Assembly (NCBI GenBank): GCA_026394835.1
Contig: JAPLZW010000048.1
Coordinates: forward strand, 1 to 37,543
Source of the DNA: Candidatus Wolfebacteria bacterium
GTDB taxonomy: Bacteria; Patescibacteriota; Minisyncoccia; UBA6257; UBA9933
DNA length: 37,543 nt
Direction of reading: 5' to 3'
The position numbers and the translations under genes are program-made. This document shows, piece by piece, positions 35,861 through 37,543 of the stretch. The notes beneath the pieces are model-generated. The model was not told the origin of the DNA, ran no database searches, and saw nothing but the letters and a program-made list of their open reading frames with translations. Positions within the stretch are counted from its first letter, which is position 1. Each line of letters opens with the position of its first letter.

Positions 35861-36246
35861 GGTATTTTCGGAAATCCTATTTACCTAATTACTAATTACT
35901 CCGCTAATTACATCCGCGAATTATAGGGAATAAGGGTTTGATTGTCAATAAAAGGCATTAAATAAGCCCTCAGGAAAGGCTTAGTTTTCCACAGTTGCTT
36001 TTTGTAAGCCGCTATTATATATTACAAAGGTAGGCGCAAGCCTACTAATCACGCGGTCCCGCCAAAAGCGGGATTTTCGCTTTCTGAATACCTCCTTTTC
36101 GTAATAAAATTTTTCGGGAATATTGATATTTATATCTAAACACTTAGTATCGCGAAAAACCGCTTAGATACAACATTTTGAAGGAATAATCGTATAATAT
36201 AGGTGGTATTCACTATTGTATTATATACTATCGTGATATCATAATA

Positions 36247-36756
36247 ATGGATATGGACTCAAAAATGCGTTCCAAAATAGACGTGCGTTTATATAAAAAC
36301 GCTGTCTTATATTTTATAAAATACTGCAATAATCAGTATTTACACGCCACTAAATTAAACAAGTTATTGTATTATCTTGATTTTGTTTATTTCCGCGACC
36401 ATAAAAATTCTGTCACCGGCGATGTTTACATCCACCAAGGATACGGTCCGGTGCCTTCACGCATTGACGAGATCCTTGCGGTACTTAAAGACGAGGGGGC
36501 AATTGATACTGAAGCAGTTGATTTTAAAGATGGAGAGTTAATTCAGTTTGAGCTCAAAAACCCAAAAAAGTTAGATGAATCAGTATTCGCGCCGGAACAA
36601 AAAAAACTTCTTAAACAAATCTGCGATGAGTTTGGTAATTGGCCGACGGAAAAAATTGTCGCGCAAACACATCTTGAAGCTCCATGGTTTTATTCGAAGC
36701 CATACGAAATTGTGGACTACTCCTATTCGCGCGACATTGAATTATTTAAGAAATAA
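36247..36756 (+). CDS. Panacea (DUF4065, SocA/PanA-like) antitoxin-domain protein
   Basis: TKLNKLLYYLDFVYFRDHKNSVTGDVYIHQGYGPVP matches the core of the DUF4065 domain. It lies immediately upstream of a small RelE/ParE-like ORF. Confidence 0.7.
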   Translation: MDMDSKMRSKIDVRLYKNAVLYFIKYCNNQYLHATKLNKLLYYLDFVYFRDHKNSVTGDVYIHQGYGPVPSRIDEILAVLKDEGAIDTEAVDFKDGELIQFELKNPKKLDESVFAPEQKKLLKQICDEFGNWPTEKIVAQTHLEAPWFYSKPYEIVDYSYSRDIELFKK

Positions 36757-36768
36757 CATGTCGCGCCT

Positions 36769-37152
36769 ATGTCGTGGATTTACGTTGAACGAGAACAATT
36801 TGTGCGGATGTGCGAAAAACTCTGTATTTCTGTTACGGTTCGTGAAGCCATTAAATCATGGGCGCCAACCGTAAGCCGTTTTGAACTTTCCCGCCAAAAA
36901 CTGGTTTACCGCTCACCCAAAAATCGCTACGAGGCATGGGCGGCTGGTATCCCTAATCCGGACAGCAATAAAGGTAAAAGCGGCGGCTACAGGGTTATTT
37001 ATTTTCTGGATATAAAAGAATGCACCATCAATCTCGATTTCATAGAGGACCGTAAAGAGTTAGGATTCAAGGGCGAAGGTCAACGGAAGAAAGGCAAATA
37101 CCAAAACTACGTAGATGAATTAAAAGAGTATCTAAAAAAACTGGATGCGTAG
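36769..37152 (+). CDS. RelE/ParE-superfamily-like toxin
   Basis: 127 aa with a KGKSGGYRVIYFLD beta-strand motif, as in RelE/ParE (HigB/Gp49-like) toxins. It starts 12 nt after the upstream stop. Confidence 0.6.
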   Translation: MSWIYVEREQFVRMCEKLCISVTVREAIKSWAPTVSRFELSRQKLVYRSPKNRYEAWAAGIPNPDSNKGKSGGYRVIYFLDIKECTINLDFIEDRKELGFKGEGQRKKGKYQNYVDELKEYLKKLDA

Positions 37153-37164
37153 TCCAGCTTTTTT
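37141..37164 (+). terminator. Intrinsic terminator of the toxin-antitoxin pair
   Basis: CTGGAtgcgtagTCCAG followed by cttttttt. The stop codon lies in the loop. Confidence 0.6.
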
Positions 37165-37185
37165 AAATCACCTACGCATTTGAGT

Positions 37186-37543
37186 TTAAAATTTCTCAAT
37201 TATCTTAATTTCCTCCTCCGTCAACCCGTAAAGTTTATATACTTCTTCGTCGATTTTTTTGTCGGTTTTTTCGATTTCTGATTTTAGACGTTCCCATTCG
37301 CCAGAGTTTTTCTCTTCGTTATAAAATTTCTTTCTTAGATCAAACATCTTATCGGTTAACCTCATAACTTCTTCAGGGTTATTTTTTATTGCGATAGGAA
37401 TTTCTGCTAAATGATTAATTTTGATTTCAGCAAATAATTTCCCTTTCCTTGGCTGAATGGCGGTAAAATACCATGTTCCCAGATTAGAATTCAAAATCGC
37501 GAGAATATATTTTAGCTTTACTTCACCAGTTGATTTTTGGGGA
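37186..37543 (-). CDS. C-terminal part of a TaqI/Eco57I-like (type IIG-style) DNA methyltransferase/restriction protein. The ORF stays open to the window edge.
   Basis: My translation upstream of the listed start has no stop: ..PQKSTGEVKLKYILAILNSNLGTWYFTAIQ.. . The C-terminus EEVYKLYGLTEEEIKIIE is typical of TaqI-like C-terminal specificity domains. Confidence 0.6.
   Translation of the reverse strand, partial: PQKSTGEVKLKYILAILNSNLGTWYFTAIQPRKGKLFAEIKINHLAEIPIAIKNNPEEVMRLTDKMFDLRKKFYNEEKNSGEWERLKSEIEKTDKKIDEEVYKLYGLTEEEIKIIEKF

Overview
AT-rich, tightly packed fragment with small genes. It looks like a Patescibacteria/CPR-type genome, which is inference from gene content and style. Most of the window is housekeeping: ileS, glyA, folD, recA, ftsK, comEC, mnmA, efp, ftsH, rpsA, two tRNAs and a sugar-utilisation cluster. 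Three accessory parts stand out. (1) The left end, 1..3090, holds a complete diversity-generating retroelement (DGR) on the minus strand, ordered target gene, avd, TR, RT. A 116-bp TR/VR pair differs at 20 positions, and every one is a TR adenine in the coding sense. The diversified protein has a type IV pilin-like N-terminus and a C-type-lectin/FGE-fold C-terminus. The RT gene is split into two frames by a (CT)22 microsatellite, which could act as an on/off switch for hypermutation. (2) 28544..32552 is a csoR-copA copper operon with a perfect 9-1-9 palindromic operator. (3) The right end, 36247..37543, holds a Panacea-domain antitoxin with a RelE/ParE-like toxin, followed by the C-terminus of a TaqI/Eco57I-like methyltransferase. 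Other oddities: IleRS carries a nested, apparently intact histidine-phosphatase domain of about 200 aa. There is a tRNA-Ile with anticodon UAU. Degenerate 7-nt tandem arrays recur both in frame inside conserved enzymes and in the flanks of recA, efp, rpsA and ftsH. Both a phosphohexomutase and ComEC are split into two ORFs. No CRISPR array, rRNA or transposase was seen.
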